A program made the position numbers and the translations under genes. The notes below the pieces were generated by a model. The model searched no databases and was not told the origin of the DNA. It saw only the letters and a list, made by a program, of their open reading frames with translations. A stretch of 64,000 bases of DNA from Podarcis gaigeae (lineage: Eukaryota). Positions 12,503 to 25,229 of this stretch are shown piece by piece. Positions within the stretch are counted from its first letter, which is position 1, and each line of letters begins with the position of its first letter. The DNA is taken from NCBI GenBank assembly GCA_964106915.2, contig OZ066929.1; one strand, given 5' to 3'.

Positions 12503-12815
12503 AGTGTGGGAGAAATGTGATTCAGTTTACATTTCAAAGTGAGTCTGCCTGCTTCATATTTTCTGAAACAATATGCAAAACTGAAAAATAGCCCTCCTTC
12601 AAAATACACAATTTTGTAATGCAATACAATGCAATTCTTCAGCTAAGTAAATCGTACAAAAATGTACATACAAAGGGAAAGTGTGCATAAAATGGAAATT
12701 AATCAGTGAATTTCTGAAAGGTACATTTGCATGCCATTTTGCCACATATACTTATTTTTGCAAAGCAACGTCCACCAATATAATGCATTTTGCATGGTAT
12801 TTTGACTAATATATG
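12503..12815. mobile_element. AT-rich DNA transposon family copy
   Basis: Homologous to 5687, 23230, 31720 and 49395. Confidence 0.55.
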
Positions 12816-14785
12816 GAAGCTAGCCCCTGGTGGACACATGTAACTGCTAAAGCAGAGTGTCCATTTGTTCAATAGAGCTCTTGCAACTCAGTGTCCACTG
12901 CTTCTGACAAGGGATTGGATAACACCCAAATAGTTTGCCTTTCTCATTTGCTTTTCATATCTAAATGTTGCAACTCAGGCCAATCTCTGCTTTCATCTTC
13001 TTCCCCAGACCCTCAAACTCTCTCCTATTTGAATTCAAAGCCATGAGAAATGAGGCACTTTGCGACAAATATTTTATATATCCAAATGATATTTTGTGGG
13101 ACTCTGTAGCTCCCGCCTGCTGTGGCTCTGCCGCTCTCGGAGGAGGTCTGCTGTTGTTGCATGCCCGTCATCTGGATGAGGCTCCGTTTTTCCGAACGGA
13201 TAATTCCCTTCCCTTTTTCTGCCATCTAGGAAAACGTTTCCTTCCTGGAAAGGCTGCCTTTTTAAAAGTAGGATCTTTCTGCATTGAATCAAACAGGGGG
13301 AAAGTAGGTCAAGTAGCAGCAGGCCCTTCAGAGGAGGGGCTGTCTGTCTTGCATTTTTTCCAAGCTTCCTTACAGCAGATGCATTAGCATGGGGGGGAAA
13401 AAAGAAACTTTCAAAACCAAGACTGACAAGATTTGGATAAGCACAGAGTTGTTGCTGACATTCCGCTAAGTGTTCTGTGTAACTCAGAAGTCTGCCGTCA
13501 TGGCACTCTGCTTCAGTGCCTTCCTTGTGCTTCTGCTCCTTCGGTTCAGAAGGTTCAGCTATTTTGGGAAGCCCTGCAGTAAAATTGATTGAGAAACAGG
13601 CCCAGAGAATCTAACTTAACCCACAAAGAGATACAGTTTCTAGGTCCTGGCCAGTGTCCAGTTTAAGTAATTGCATTTGGTTTCCCTATTATTACACCAC
13701 AGCTTCAGCAGGATAGGTTGGGAATGATTTATGATTTTTTTAGACCTGCTGTGTAAATGTAACAAAGTTGATGTGAGTAGAAGATTTGTTTCCCCCTGGC
13801 TCTAGGCACCTGTTCAGATGACTAAATTGGAATGTGCCCAGCCTGACCCTTCTTTCACTTAATCTGGCATCCGCTCTACTTGCTGCTGCATTTATTCAGT
13901 GATGCTGGGAAAACGCTTCCCTTAGGACTGTGTAGCACAAAAGGTGTTGTAGGAGGAGCAGGGAGCTCAAGAGATTTTGACAGGGGGTGGCCCTGCCCTC
14001 CTGTCAAACCATGTGATGTCATGACGACAGGTGGGTGCACTCCACCCATCTACCTGCCAAATTTGGCCTGTGAGGCCAATAATGTTCCCCATCCTGTCTT
14101 CTAATATAGACTTTTTTATATACATTAGTTGGCTGGAGAACCGCATTGGAAAATTGTAGAAGTCTGAATGCTGAAGAATGCTTGTGTTTCATTGTGCATA
14201 TTGTCCTGAAAAGCACAAATTAAGTAAGCTGTCCTTGAAACACAAACTGAATCTCTCTCCCATATCCCTGCATATGGGATCTGGAACAACCCATTCTGAT
14301 GAATCTCCTGTACTGCTCTTCATCCAAAGGTCTGCCTGGTTTGTGGAGCTCCTACGTAGAGCTGTCCTTAAAGCTCTACCTTGTTCTTTTGCATCCCACA
14401 TCTGTGGTCATATAATTTAGGCTGCAGCCCAGAGGTTCCCCCATGCTTGGCACAATGCATTCAAAGAGTTCTGAAAGGGATTGTGTTTTTCATTCACTTC
14501 ATTTATATGGTATCTTTCTTACAAAGCATCCAAGGCAGTTTGCATTTTATAATAATGCCATGGCCACTTCCGGATGTTTATTGAATATTCATCCAGATTT
14601 GTTTGCAGGGAGGCTAGATGTCACCAGCTATTTAGGGATCATTCCTCCTGACTAGTTTGTGGGGAGGTTAGACAGTGTTGCATCATAGCAACTGCTATGG
14701 TTTCCACTGCATTTCCTGTCACTTTTCCTATTGGAAAAAGTCTGATCTTTTGGGGAGGCAGGTTTGTTTTGCAAGACCTCCAGAT

Positions 14786-14921
14786 CAGGCAAAGGCAAAC
14801 TCGGCCCACCAGATGTTTTGCGACTACAACTCCCACCATCCCTAGCTAACAGGACCAGTGGTCAGGGATGATGGGAGTTGTAGTCCCAAAACATCTGGAG
14901 GGCCGAGTTTGCCTACACCTG
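14786..14921. mobile_element. Palindromic hAT MITE (136 bp), intact
   Basis: Imperfect TIRs of about 55 bp (CAGG...CCTG); perfect 8-bp TSD CTCCAGAT (14778-14785, 14922-14929). Confidence 0.92.
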
Positions 14922-15324
14922 CTCCAGATCAACTCTAATTCTGCAACCTGTATGTGATTCCGTCCTACCCCCAAAATAGCAGCAGTCTGGAAGCACCCCA
15001 TGTTGAACTAACAGAAAAGAAAGGAGGCTGGGAAAAGAAGAGGAAAATGTCCATATTAAGGTTCCAATTATTTGCAACAAAGTTATGTAAAGAGCAGGTG
15101 TGGCTGCCGTTGATGGATGTGATTCTGAGAGTGGAAGAGGAACCAAATGGCAACTGATTCCACCCAAATTGGCAGAGGAGATCTCATTGCTTCTCCTGCC
15201 TTGCAGATGCCACCAGGTAGAGTGGTAGATAACAAAGAATGTTCTGAGACAGCCATTCTGTAGCAATTTGCCTGTGATAGCTAAATAAGTGTGCACATGT
15301 GTGAACTTCCCAGAAGTCTGCATG

Positions 15325-15553
15325 AATTCATGGACATATTCATGGAGGATAAGGCAGGCAGTGGCTATTAGCCAGGATGGCTATACTCTGCTTTCATGGC
15401 CAGAGACTGAATACCAATTGCTGGAAACCACAAAGGGGGGGGGGGACTCTTGTGTTAATACCCTGCTTGGGACATCTGGTTGGCCACAGTGACAACAGGA
15501 TGCTAGAACTGATGGGCCATTGGCCTGATCTAGTTGGCTGTTTTTTATGTTCA
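15325..15553 (+). mobile_element. CR1-type LINE 3' UTR (second subfamily)
   Basis: ATTCATGGAGGATAAGG..GGTTGGCCAC..AACAGGATGCT..GATGGGCC..TTATGTTC; tandem partner at 15620. Confidence 0.7.
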
Positions 15554-15619
15554 CAAAAAGCCAGTAGGGCTGCCCTGGCCAGCTTATATAAGACTACCAA
15601 TATTTCTTACATAAGGTTA

Positions 15620-15810
15620 TCTATGGCTACCAGCGATGATGGTTGTATATTGCATCTGAAACCCAGTTGCTGGGAGTCGCAAGTAAGGAGAGTACAGTTC
15701 CACTCAGGTCCTGCTTGCAGGCTTCTCACAAAGATTTATTTGGCCAGTACGAGAACAGGATGCTGGACTAGATGGGCTTTCTGCCTGCTCAGGCAGGGCT
15801 CGTCTTATGC
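15620..15810 (+). mobile_element. CR1-type LINE 3' UTR (second subfamily)
   Basis: GAGAACAGGATGCTGGACTAGATGGGC..CAGGGCTCGTCTTATG. Confidence 0.7.
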
Positions 15811-18713
15811 TGTTTGTTTGCTACATGTCACCCAAGGCTGACTCAGAAAGTTGGCACCCAGCTGGTATCTTTCTTTCCGATGCCCACACAGCTTTAATTT
15901 TCAGAGAAGGAGCAATTTCCCTGTGGCTTTGACTTTTCTTGGAGCACACACACAACATTCACCATTTGATGCAAAACCAGCAAGGGCATTTTTTAAAGAT
16001 GAAGTCTGCATTTATTTATTTTAAAAAAGGTAGTTATTTTGAGGGGGGATGGAAAAAAGGGGAAATTGTACAGGTGTAGGTTTTTTTTTTTTAAAAAAAT
16101 AGCAATTTCATGGCATCAGTGAGACAGCTGGAGGTGGAAGCGCAGAGAGAGACTAGAGCAGACAAGGAGGAGGAGGCAACCTTTTCATAACTGCACAGAG
16201 ATCTGTCTCCATTCACACCCTTGCAGCAAGCCATCTGCCAGAGCAAGAGGCTGCCTGGAGTCTGCTCCATTTCGGATGGCAGTGTTTCCTGAAGTTCTGA
16301 TAGCTGTGCTCTGCCTTTCTTACCAACATCCTGAATCCCAGGATTGATTCTCATTCTTGCCCTCCCTCCTTGCAGGCAGTAGTGAAACTGGCAGGCAAAG
16401 AACAGGTGTGGAGTTTCAGGTGTGGCATGGCTAGATGGCTGTACAGAGTCTGCTGAGATGGTCACAGTAGCCATGAAGCAATTTGCACACATGGGGGGCA
16501 TTGGAAGGATCCTGGATTCCTTCACTCAGCATTGCACTTTTATTTAGAGTAAGTATAACAGCAAATCAAATACACCTTATTCAGATGCTGCCACATCCTG
16601 CCAATTAAAGGTGTGTTGAGATGACTGGGACTTCTTTTTTAAAAAAGGTCTCAGTCTAAAGATGTGACTTCCTTGAAAGATCTGACTTCTGAGTTATTGG
16701 CAGCATTGAGTTAATTTGCTCAGGGGCTATTTCCTCTCCCCCCCCCCTTCTAAAAGCAGGGTGTGGGGCTAGTTGCAAACAGCAGTGTGATGGAGCATAG
16801 CAATTAGCTGCTTGGCAAACACCCCTGAGTCATCAGGAAGGGAAGCAAAGAAATTGAGCTGCCAGGGGAGGATTCCAGCTGTGCTCGGGAAACCCTGACT
16901 GTGAGCAGGAATCAAATAATGAGAGACGGTTTCCTCTTCCCAGCTCAAGTTTAATTTATAAGTTTATTTAGTGACAGTGAGTGTCACCAAATGACAGAGG
17001 CAGCCCTGCAAAGTTCAGTACAAACACAGCCATTGTTTTTGTTAAAGAAGGTGCTCCCCTCCTTCTCATATCATTTCTCTTGAAAGCACCAGCAGAGAAA
17101 GCAAATTTCTCTTTCAGCTCTAGAAGAAGTGTGTGTCCTTCACTGCATCTTCAGTAGCAGCAGGTTTTTTAGAGAGTGCCAGCTATCTGTCATCTTATTG
17201 CATACACAAAAATGCCATTTGGGTTGCTAGGGTATTTCACTCAGTTATGTATTCCCCAGGAAGTACTTTTTGTTCTGCAAGCACATGTCATGCATCCTCA
17301 GCCCACAGTTGGGACTGGAGAGTGCTCATATTGCTACTTTCAAGGGATAGAGCTACAGTGGACTGATACGACACTTCAGGCAGCAATTTCGGCAAAACTT
17401 GTGTGATAAGCAGGGTCAGCCCTGCTCACCACTTGAATGGAAAAATTGCCAAAGGATATTTATTATGAGAAGCAGGGCAGGTGATACACCATGGATGATC
17501 TGTTTTAAAAAAAGTGTCAATTGAGTGCAGCAGCTTGGAGACAGGAAGGACTGTGCTATTTGTAATGACCTTTCTGAAAAATGAGTTCTCAACCTGTGGC
17601 TTTGGCCACTCAGACAGGCAATTTTGCAGCAATTATGCAGCCCTGGTCATATTCCACCTCTAGGCATGCTTTGCCTCTTTTCATTCTCTCTCCAATATGA
17701 CCTCCCTCAAACCCCAGGGCACTTGCAGGGGGGTTCATTTCCTTAGGGCTGTATATGATTGAAAGTTTATGAAATCCTGTGGAATGCAAGAAAAAGCTCG
17801 TATAAACCTGATTTGAATCTGAGCATGGAATTAAACACCTGGAATGTTTATTTAATTTTTTTAAGAGCAAAGTTCTTATCATAATGCCAGTGGAAAAATG
17901 TTGTCAGTAGGGATGAACAGATTCAGCCATTTGCTTCCTTTACTGTTCCATGTCTTTGCTATCCTGAAACTCCAGTTTAATGAACTAGGAGAAGTTATAA
18001 AAGTAATTCTGGAATCAGATCCTGCACAGTCTGCTACAATTTTCAGATAATTCTGCCTTCTCTTTCCCCTTCTGTGCTTTACCAGGGCTCATGCGCAAAT
18101 TGATGCAACTGTGGAATGATGCAATCTTGATGAGCCCATACATATGATTACATGAATATTCATTTTGTGCAGTCTTTGGCTGATGTGCACATGTGACCTC
18201 TGCATATTAGAAACGTACCACACAAAAAGCATCTTAATGCAATTGCATGTCAACGGTCACAGCAGCGTTGCTTTTCTGCACTAGGATTTCTTTTCTTTTC
18301 TCAATACATCAGTAATTTAATGAGGACAAAACAACATGAATTAATTGCAGGCTGTTATAACCAGCAGATGCATTGAACAAGAAATAAATAAATAAAATAT
18401 TGAGTAGTCAAGGATTCTTAATGAACCAATTCTGCTTTAAAAACAAGACCATTTAGTTCAGAGTTCCGAACTCCAGGAACAAATTGGATGTGGATAATTT
18501 CAGGGACATCCCTACTGTTCCCATTACTATTATCTTTACCACCACTAGCATTGATGATATTGAAATCAATCTTTTCAAGAATCTTGCAGTTTGACTGGGT
18601 CCAGACAATTTTTATCATTTATTCTTTTTCTCTTACCTGGCTGTAAATCTTAATCTTTATGTGAGTTCACTCTTTCCAGTAAGCAAAATGATATGTGCAG
18701 GGGAAGGTTAAAT

Positions 18714-18986
18714 TAAGGCTGCCAGGATTACTGGGATTTCACAGGAGGAACTGACATCCTGAGGGAATTTGCAGTGGTTTGTCCTGAATCTTAGGCATCA
18801 ATCGAAAAATCTCATGGGGGGGGGGGGGGTTGTCGTCTTAAAAAAAAAAAAAAAACTTTTAGGAAAGCTCAACAATTTCGGTGGTTTCCTTAAAAAAAAA
18901 AAGCTCAAGAAATTTGGGGTCTTCCTTTAAAAAAACCACAACCTTTGGGGTGTATTGGTCTTTACTTTTTGAAATATAGTAACCCT
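18714..18986. mobile_element. hAT (Tip100-like) MITE
   Basis: Ends TAAGGCTGCCA...GTAACCCT; 8-bp TSD GGTTAAAT (18706-18713, 18987-18994); internal A-rich AAAGCTCAACAA repeats. Confidence 0.7.
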
Positions 18987-19074
18987 GGTTAAATAGATGT
19001 ATAGTTGCCTCCCCTTCTTTCTCATCCTCCATTTCTTATGTTTTTTTCTTATTTTCCTCCTTTTTATTGGGTTT

Positions 19075-19247
19075 AAGCTGCCCAAACTTTTTCAAAGAGG
19101 GCCAATTATGATGAAGTGAACGTGCGTGAGGGCCAACCTTTCTTTACGATTTCACGCCAAAGTTGTTGAGCTTTTTTTAAATGATTTTACCCAATAAATA
19201 GGCTGCCACAGGGATTAGGCCCCCAAAACGGACTTTGGACATGCCTG
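19075..19247. mobile_element. hAT-type MITE, degraded
   Basis: CCCAAACTTTTTCAAAGAGGGCCA ... GGACTTTGGACATGCCTG termini. Confidence 0.55.
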
Positions 19248-19407
19248 GAAGGTACAAGCTATGCAAAATGAGAGTTGGTGTTGAGTTACCTTTACCAAGA
19301 TAGAATCTACATATAAAAGCTCTGTGTGTGCCAACTAGACTTTTATTAAATAAACCATTGTTCAAAAAGAAATAAAGAAAGGAATATCTCTGGTGTGAAA
19401 GTAGGGG

Positions 19408-19415
19408 CACACACA

Positions 19416-19480
<65 letters not shown>
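19408..19480. repeat. (CA)n(GA)n microsatellite
   Basis: Seen directly. Confidence 0.98.
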
Positions 19481-19481
<1 letters not shown>

Positions 19482-20599
19482 AGCCTGCGGTAGCTGAGGT
19501 AGGACTTCTGTCTAGCTCTTTGCTCCTACCAAACACTTAACAGAAACAGAACAAATTGTTCCATTTTTTGTTCTCACTCTCAAAGTAAATGAAAGCCACC
19601 CCCCTACTCTATTATTCATTCAGTTTTTCACTCCGCATGTAACAATCAATAGAAGCTCAGATAAGTGGTTGAAAAGATTACATTCTCCCAATATTCTATG
19701 CTAAGCTTTCTTATTTTGATATCTTTACTGAGTTTTGCAACATGTCAAAAACCAGCCGAAGCTAGCGATTCAAGGAACTTCTGGGCCTCTTTGAAACAAA
19801 GTTCTCTGCCAGTCACCTTGCACTCATAATACCCCTCTGTCACAGCCAGCCATTTCCCCCGCCCCAAATGTGTTGGCTTGTCTGCTGCCTCCTCCCACCA
19901 TATTTTCATTGTGACATTCTAATTGTTTTGAACCATGACCGCAGAGCATTATGCACGGGATCGGCATTGTAATATTCTGGCTGTGCGCTTCCCCGCTTTT
20001 ATACCATAGCTCTGTTTGCAGGCAGCTTTCTGGGGTGCGGTTATGGAGTGAACAGCTGAGAAACTGTGGGAAGACTCAAATGGCACTTAAATTATATTTT
20101 GCTCTTTGATTTGCAAAGACATTTAGTTCAGTGGAACAGAATTGGAAAGCAATTTCACTTGGCAGAGTTGAGGAGGCCGCTGCCTCAAGTACAATGGCAT
20201 GTCTGTGGCCAAAAAAAAACAATGCAAGTGAACACAAAAAAACACAACCCCCCCCCCCAGCATTATGTATTCTAGGAAATTATTAAATGGAGTAGATTGT
20301 AGAGCCATGTTTATCTGAGGAATGTGTGAAACATATTTCTCCTCCAACCCACCCATATTTAAACCTTCTCATATGCTGGCACCCTATGTCTGAGACGTTG
20401 ATCTGCAAAAAAGAATCTCATAAATTGGATGAGGGTTGTTGCTGCACCTCATATATACATACTGCATTGCCTACAATTGGGCTCATGCTACTCTCTTTGT
20501 TTTTATAAGACATTAGCAGCAGAGAGCAGAGCTGCTCTTGTGCATTGCAAGCTTAGTTTCACAGGTGTGACTCACACTCAAAAGCATAATTAATTCATT

Positions 20600-20972
20600 A
20601 ATTAATTAGTATACCCAGGTGGCTTCTAAATGGTTTAAAAAAAAAACCCACACACCAAAAAACCAATTGCATAGCTTTATTAAAATATACACCAAAATTA
20701 AAAATGCACAGCAACTAAAATACACCATAATACAGTGCCATGATAACATAAAAAAATATAAATGGTCATGGTTAAAATATGCAATATAACAATCCTCATT
20801 AAACCAACACAGCATTTAAAACAGGAGACTTGGGTCAAGAGACGAACAGAGTGCATGTGTAAATAGGTGCATCTTCAAGAGTAAACAGGAATGACAGTGC
20901 AGATGAGGCCTCTTGTATTTCAGCTGGAAGTGCATTCCACAAAACCAACGTCACCAGCGCCACCGCAAAAGA
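20600..20972 (-). mobile_element. L2 LINE 3' end
   Basis: Minus-strand translation LWNALPAEIQEASS matches the L2 ORF2 C-terminal LWNxLP motif; followed by an AT-rich 3' UTR. Confidence 0.7.
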
Positions 20973-21167
20973 AAACAACCCGCCATACAAATTGATGCAG
21001 TTTTCTACCACTGGGCATTGCTTGTGTATTGCACAAAATTCTATTTCACACAATGCAGTAAATGGAACATTCTGCCTCAGGATGTGTGGTTGGCCATTCA
21101 AGTAGATGGCTAAACATTTAGGGAAAGTGATGGGGAACATTTTTCCTCTGAAAACCCACAGGAAAAA

Positions 21168-21262
21168 CATACCCTCCAAGTGTCCTGATTTTCCAGGGAT
21201 AGTCATGGAATTACAAAGTCACCTCGGCTTCTGATTTGATCCCAGAATGTCCCTGTTTCCCC
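21168..21262 (+). mobile_element. MITE fragment (CATACCCTCCAA terminus)
   Basis: Homologous to the left end of 27154-27540. Confidence 0.6.
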
Positions 21263-21398
21263 CCACCAGTGCCACTGTTGCTGAGCTCTGGGAAACTCCA
21301 CCCCACTTGTCCTATTGATTTGCCTTTGGTCAGGGTAATGACTCTGGCATTACCTGTTTTGTTCTTTGATGGCACCTCACTCAGCCAATCCCCCGAGC

Positions 21399-21826
21399 AA
21401 TCATAGATCTGTATAGCTGGAAGGTACCCCAAGGACCATCTAGTCCAGGCCCCTACAATGCAGGAATCTCAGTTATAGCATCCATGACAGATGGTCATCC
21501 AACCTTTGCTTAAAAGCCTCCAAGGAAGGAGAGTCCACAACATCCCGAGGGAGTCCATTCTACTGTTGAAAAGCTCTTGCCTTCCAGATGTTTAATTGGA
21601 ATCTGCTTTCTTGTAACTTGAATTCATTGGCTCGGGTCCTAGCCTCCAGAGCAGGAGAAAACAAGTTTGCTCCATCTTCCATGTGACAGCACTTTGAAGA
21701 TGGCTATCATAGTATCTCTAAGTCTTCTCTTTTCTAGACAAAGCACACCCAACCCCCTCAACCATTCCTCATAAGGCTTGGTTTCGAGACCCATGATCAT
21801 CTTGGTTGCCCTCCTCTGCTCACGTC
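21399..21826 (-). mobile_element. CR1 LINE 3' end
   Basis: Reverse complement of the CR1 at 46815-47268, including the ORF2 C-terminus and CTATGATT-type end. Confidence 0.9.
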
Positions 21827-22199
21827 CCCCACATTATATGTCCTTAGCATCTGGTATTTGGAGACAGGGAGGCTTGCAGTTCTGTGGATTTTAATAGAAA
21901 CTGACCCGATCCTCACCTCCTATACTAATAGGACATAATTATCCTTTGAATTTCACACTTCTTTGAAATGTGTTGTATAGTTCTGTGCTCAAAGAAGTGT
22001 ACCAAAATACTTTACAAAATCTACATTTGAAGACAAAGTTATGTTTGCAAATGTGTATTTTAAGATATGTTTAGAAATGCATATATCATGCATTGGGAAC
22101 AAACAGCCAGCTGGACAGCTGAGGCTTAGCAGGGTTCTTAACTTGGCCTGGGAGGCTGTTTTCCCCAAGCCAGGCCCACCTGTCCCATAGCTGGCATCA

Positions 22200-22414
22200 G
22201 AGAGCCAGTGTGGTGCAGTGGTTAGGACCTAAAAGACCCAGGCTCAAATCCCCAGTTGGCTGTGGAGCTCACTAAGTGACCTTGTGCCAGTCCCTGCCTC
22301 TCAGCTTAACCTACCTCACAAGGTTGTTGTGAGGATAAAATGAGGAGGAAGAGAATTATGTGTACCACCTTGAACTCCCTGGAGGAAAGATGAGATACAA
22401 ATTAAATAAATAAA
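22200..22414 (+). mobile_element. CORE/MIR-like SINE with L2-type tail (Squam3-like; name tentative)
   Basis: TGGTGCAGTGG A box, CAAATCCC B-box remnant, GTGACCTTG core, CTACCTCACAAGGTTGTTGTGAGGATAAAATGA, (TAAA)n tail. Confidence 0.8.
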
Positions 22415-23229
22415 GGCTGAAGCCCAGTGTGGTAAGAATATGGCTATTGGAAGCTTTAAAGTATGTCACATTTTTTCCCTCTTGGTAAGTGAGATTAACA
22501 TCCAGCACCTTTCAAATTGGGTCCCAAATGTCAAGCCTGGCTAGGATGCGCTGCAGCTGGGAATGCCCTTTCAGGCACTGCTGAGTGCCACTTATTTCTG
22601 CGTACATTTCCGCAAGCAATTCCTGTGCCTCTTGTGGAGGGAGGGGCCTCTCGCACATTTAATTTACGGCACCTCCAAGTGGGTGTGTCTCCACACAGCC
22701 TGCAGCCTATACATTATAGTGCCACATCTGATCCTTCTGGGTAATGCTTGGGAAATACTTATAACTCATTTCCTATAAGTGCCTTAATCTACTGAGTAAA
22801 TATTACTCCTTTTGTGCTCTAATCCCCAAACTGGCGTATATCTCCTCTTCCTGGCGGTTTCCCTTTGTGTTGATTTATGTTTAATAGGCTGTCATTAAGC
22901 CTCCTTGTGGTTCTTCCCCTCCCCCTTTTCCCTAAGTGCACTATTTATTTTGTTAGGCTAGATTCCCCCTCCTTTAATGTCACATTTCTATTGTGCTGAA
23001 TTCAAATGCATTCACATACATCCACTAATGCTGCATCACGCCCCCCTTCATTCTTTTGGTGCTGCTGAGAGTAGATAGGCTCATGCATTTTCTTGCCCTG
23101 GCAGCTGAAGTTGCTGATGTTCTCCATACAGATGAAGTTCATTTGTTGCATCCTTTCCATACATTCTATAAGCTTGAGCTAAAGTTGCCACCTATGTGGT
23201 GGTGGTGTGTGTGTGTGGCGAGGGGGGGA

Positions 23230-23562
23230 AGAGAAATTCAGTTCAGTTTAAAGGTGAAACTACCTAATACTCACTTTCCACAAGAGTACATGATCTGAAA
23301 AACAGCTGTCCTTAAAAATCCACACTTGTCTGAGTTTTGCAATTATTCCTTCAGCCATGTGATGTGTACATAAGAATGCACATATTAGTAAAAATAGTGT
23401 GCAGAAAAGCATTATATTAAGGGAAATTGCTTTGCAAAATTATATGCAATTATATGAGAAATTCACACTAAGATGCATATGAATTTCTATGTAGCCTTTG
23501 GGGAAAATCTGAAGCTGATGTGGAAATGTGGAGCACTAAACCAAAGAATGGAAAACTGCCCA
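23230..23562. mobile_element. AT-rich DNA transposon family copy
   Basis: Homologous to 12503 and 31720. Confidence 0.6.
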
Positions 23563-23663
23563 TCTATATATTGGTCACCTATTTTTATGGTGGTGCTGGT
23601 GTCTGTCAGATGTTTTTAAACTGAGCTAAGATTGCTGCTTCATATTTTATATACCGGTATATA

Positions 23664-23891
23664 CAGTGGTACCTCGGGTTACATACGCTTCAGGTTACAT
23701 ACGCTTCAGGTTACAGACTCCGCTAACCCAGAAATAGTACCTCGGGTTAAGAACTTTGCTTCAGGATGAGAAAAGAAATTGTGCGGCGGCGGCATGGCAG
23801 CAGCAGGAGGCCCCATTAGCTAAAGTGGTGCTTCAGGTTAAGAACAGTTTCAGGTTAACAACAGACCTCCGGAATGAATTAAGTACGTAAC
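23664..23891 (+). mobile_element. Tigger/pogo-like (Tc1/mariner) MITE, cut by the assembly gap
   Basis: TA followed by CAGTGGTACCTCGGGTTAC; closely similar to 56335-56576. Confidence 0.9.
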
Positions 23892-24290
23892 NNNNNNNNN
23901 NNNNNNNNNNNNNNNNNNNNNNNNNNNNNNNNNNNNNNNNNNNNNNNNNNNNNNNNNNNNNNNNNNNNNNNNNNNNNNNNNNNNNNNNNNNNNNNNNNNN
24001 NNNNNNNNNNNNNNNNNNNNNNNNNNNNNNNNNNNNNNNNNNNNNNNNNNNNNNNNNNNNNNNNNNNNNNNNNNNNNNNNNNNNNNNNNNNNNNNNNNNN
24101 NNNNNNNNNNNNNNNNNNNNNNNNNNNNNNNNNNNNNNNNNNNNNNNNNNNNNNNNNNNNNNNNNNNNNNNNNNNNNNNNNNNNNNNNNNNNNNNNNNNN
24201 NNNNNNNNNNNNNNNNNNNNNNNNNNNNNNNNNNNNNNNNNNNNNNNNNNNNNNNNNNNNNNNNNNNNNNNNNNNNNNNNNNNNNNNNNN
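23892..24290. other. Assembly gap (399 N)
   Basis: Run of N. Confidence 1.
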
Positions 24291-24460
24291 AGGGACCCCA
24301 GGGGTCATCTATTCCAACCCTCTGCAATGCAGGAATCTCAGCTAAAGATCCATGAGAGATGGCCATCCAACCTCCATTTAAAAGCCTCCAATGAAGGAAA
24401 GTCCACCACCTTCTGAGGGAATCCATTGCATTGTTGAACAGCTCTTCCTCATGTTTAGTT
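24291..24460 (-). mobile_element. CR1 LINE 3' UTR fragment
   Basis: GGGACCCC..GGTCATCTA..CCAACCC..TGCAATGCAGGAATCTCAGCT; same family as 21399. Confidence 0.85.
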
Positions 24461-25229
24461 GGGGGGGGCATAAAGGTCACATTTCAAATAGTCACTGATA
24501 GCCATTTCTTCTTCCAACATTTTTCCCACCCCCATTATAGCCATCCAAGCTAGACTTCATCCCCATATCCTATGTCTCATTTCTGAGCTGCTGCTGAAAG
24601 CAGGGGAACACTACATTAAAAAAAAAAGTTTCCTGCAGCCTTGTATGCATGTGCAGTGATGGAAACTCTTGCATTGTAAGTGATCACTTGTCAGGAGTGA
24701 GGCAATTTGACAGTCTGTGTGGGGGAAACTTTCCTGCCGACACGGCTGGCATTGTCGAAGCGCTTGTCCGTCTGTGGGTGAAAAGCGTACTCTGCTCCTG
24801 GTGGTTAGCCTCTTCCCTGCCTCCCATGACCTTGTGTTCCATTTAATCCTTGCCTCTTTCTCTCTGTCTCTTTTTTCTGATTAAGAAAAGCTGTTCCCTC
24901 AGCCTTTTTGCAGTCAGATAATGGGCAGGAGAGGTGGAACGAGTGGGATATAATCTGTGAATAATCTATCCGCTGATTGACAAACACAATGAATAATTTA
25001 TTTGCTGTGTATTACTCAAATGTAGATAAAGCCAGGGAAGTAATGAAGAAAAGAGGCAAAGAGACACCCTGAATAATGAGCCACTTTTATCATGGGAGGT
25101 GGAAGCCACCTGCATACTGGGGAGCCACTGAGGTGCCATGAGCAACATTGGATTTGGAAGTGGGAAGTCCAATTTACTAGGCAGAGTCCCTGTTATTTTG
25201 TATCTTCAGCTCTGCTTTTAACAGTAGTT

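Noticed and set aside
15377-15841. 154-aa ORF
   Set aside because: Spans two CR1 3' UTR fragments and has no protein-like features.
18418-18640. 66-aa minus-strand ORF beside a CAG/GTAAGA donor-like site
   Set aside because: The ORF lies on the intronic side of the donor, there is no matching acceptor or coding exon upstream, and I recognise no homology.
23833-24480. 215-aa and 152-aa ORFs in the track
   Set aside because: Artefacts of translating through the N gap; the flanks are a MITE and a CR1.
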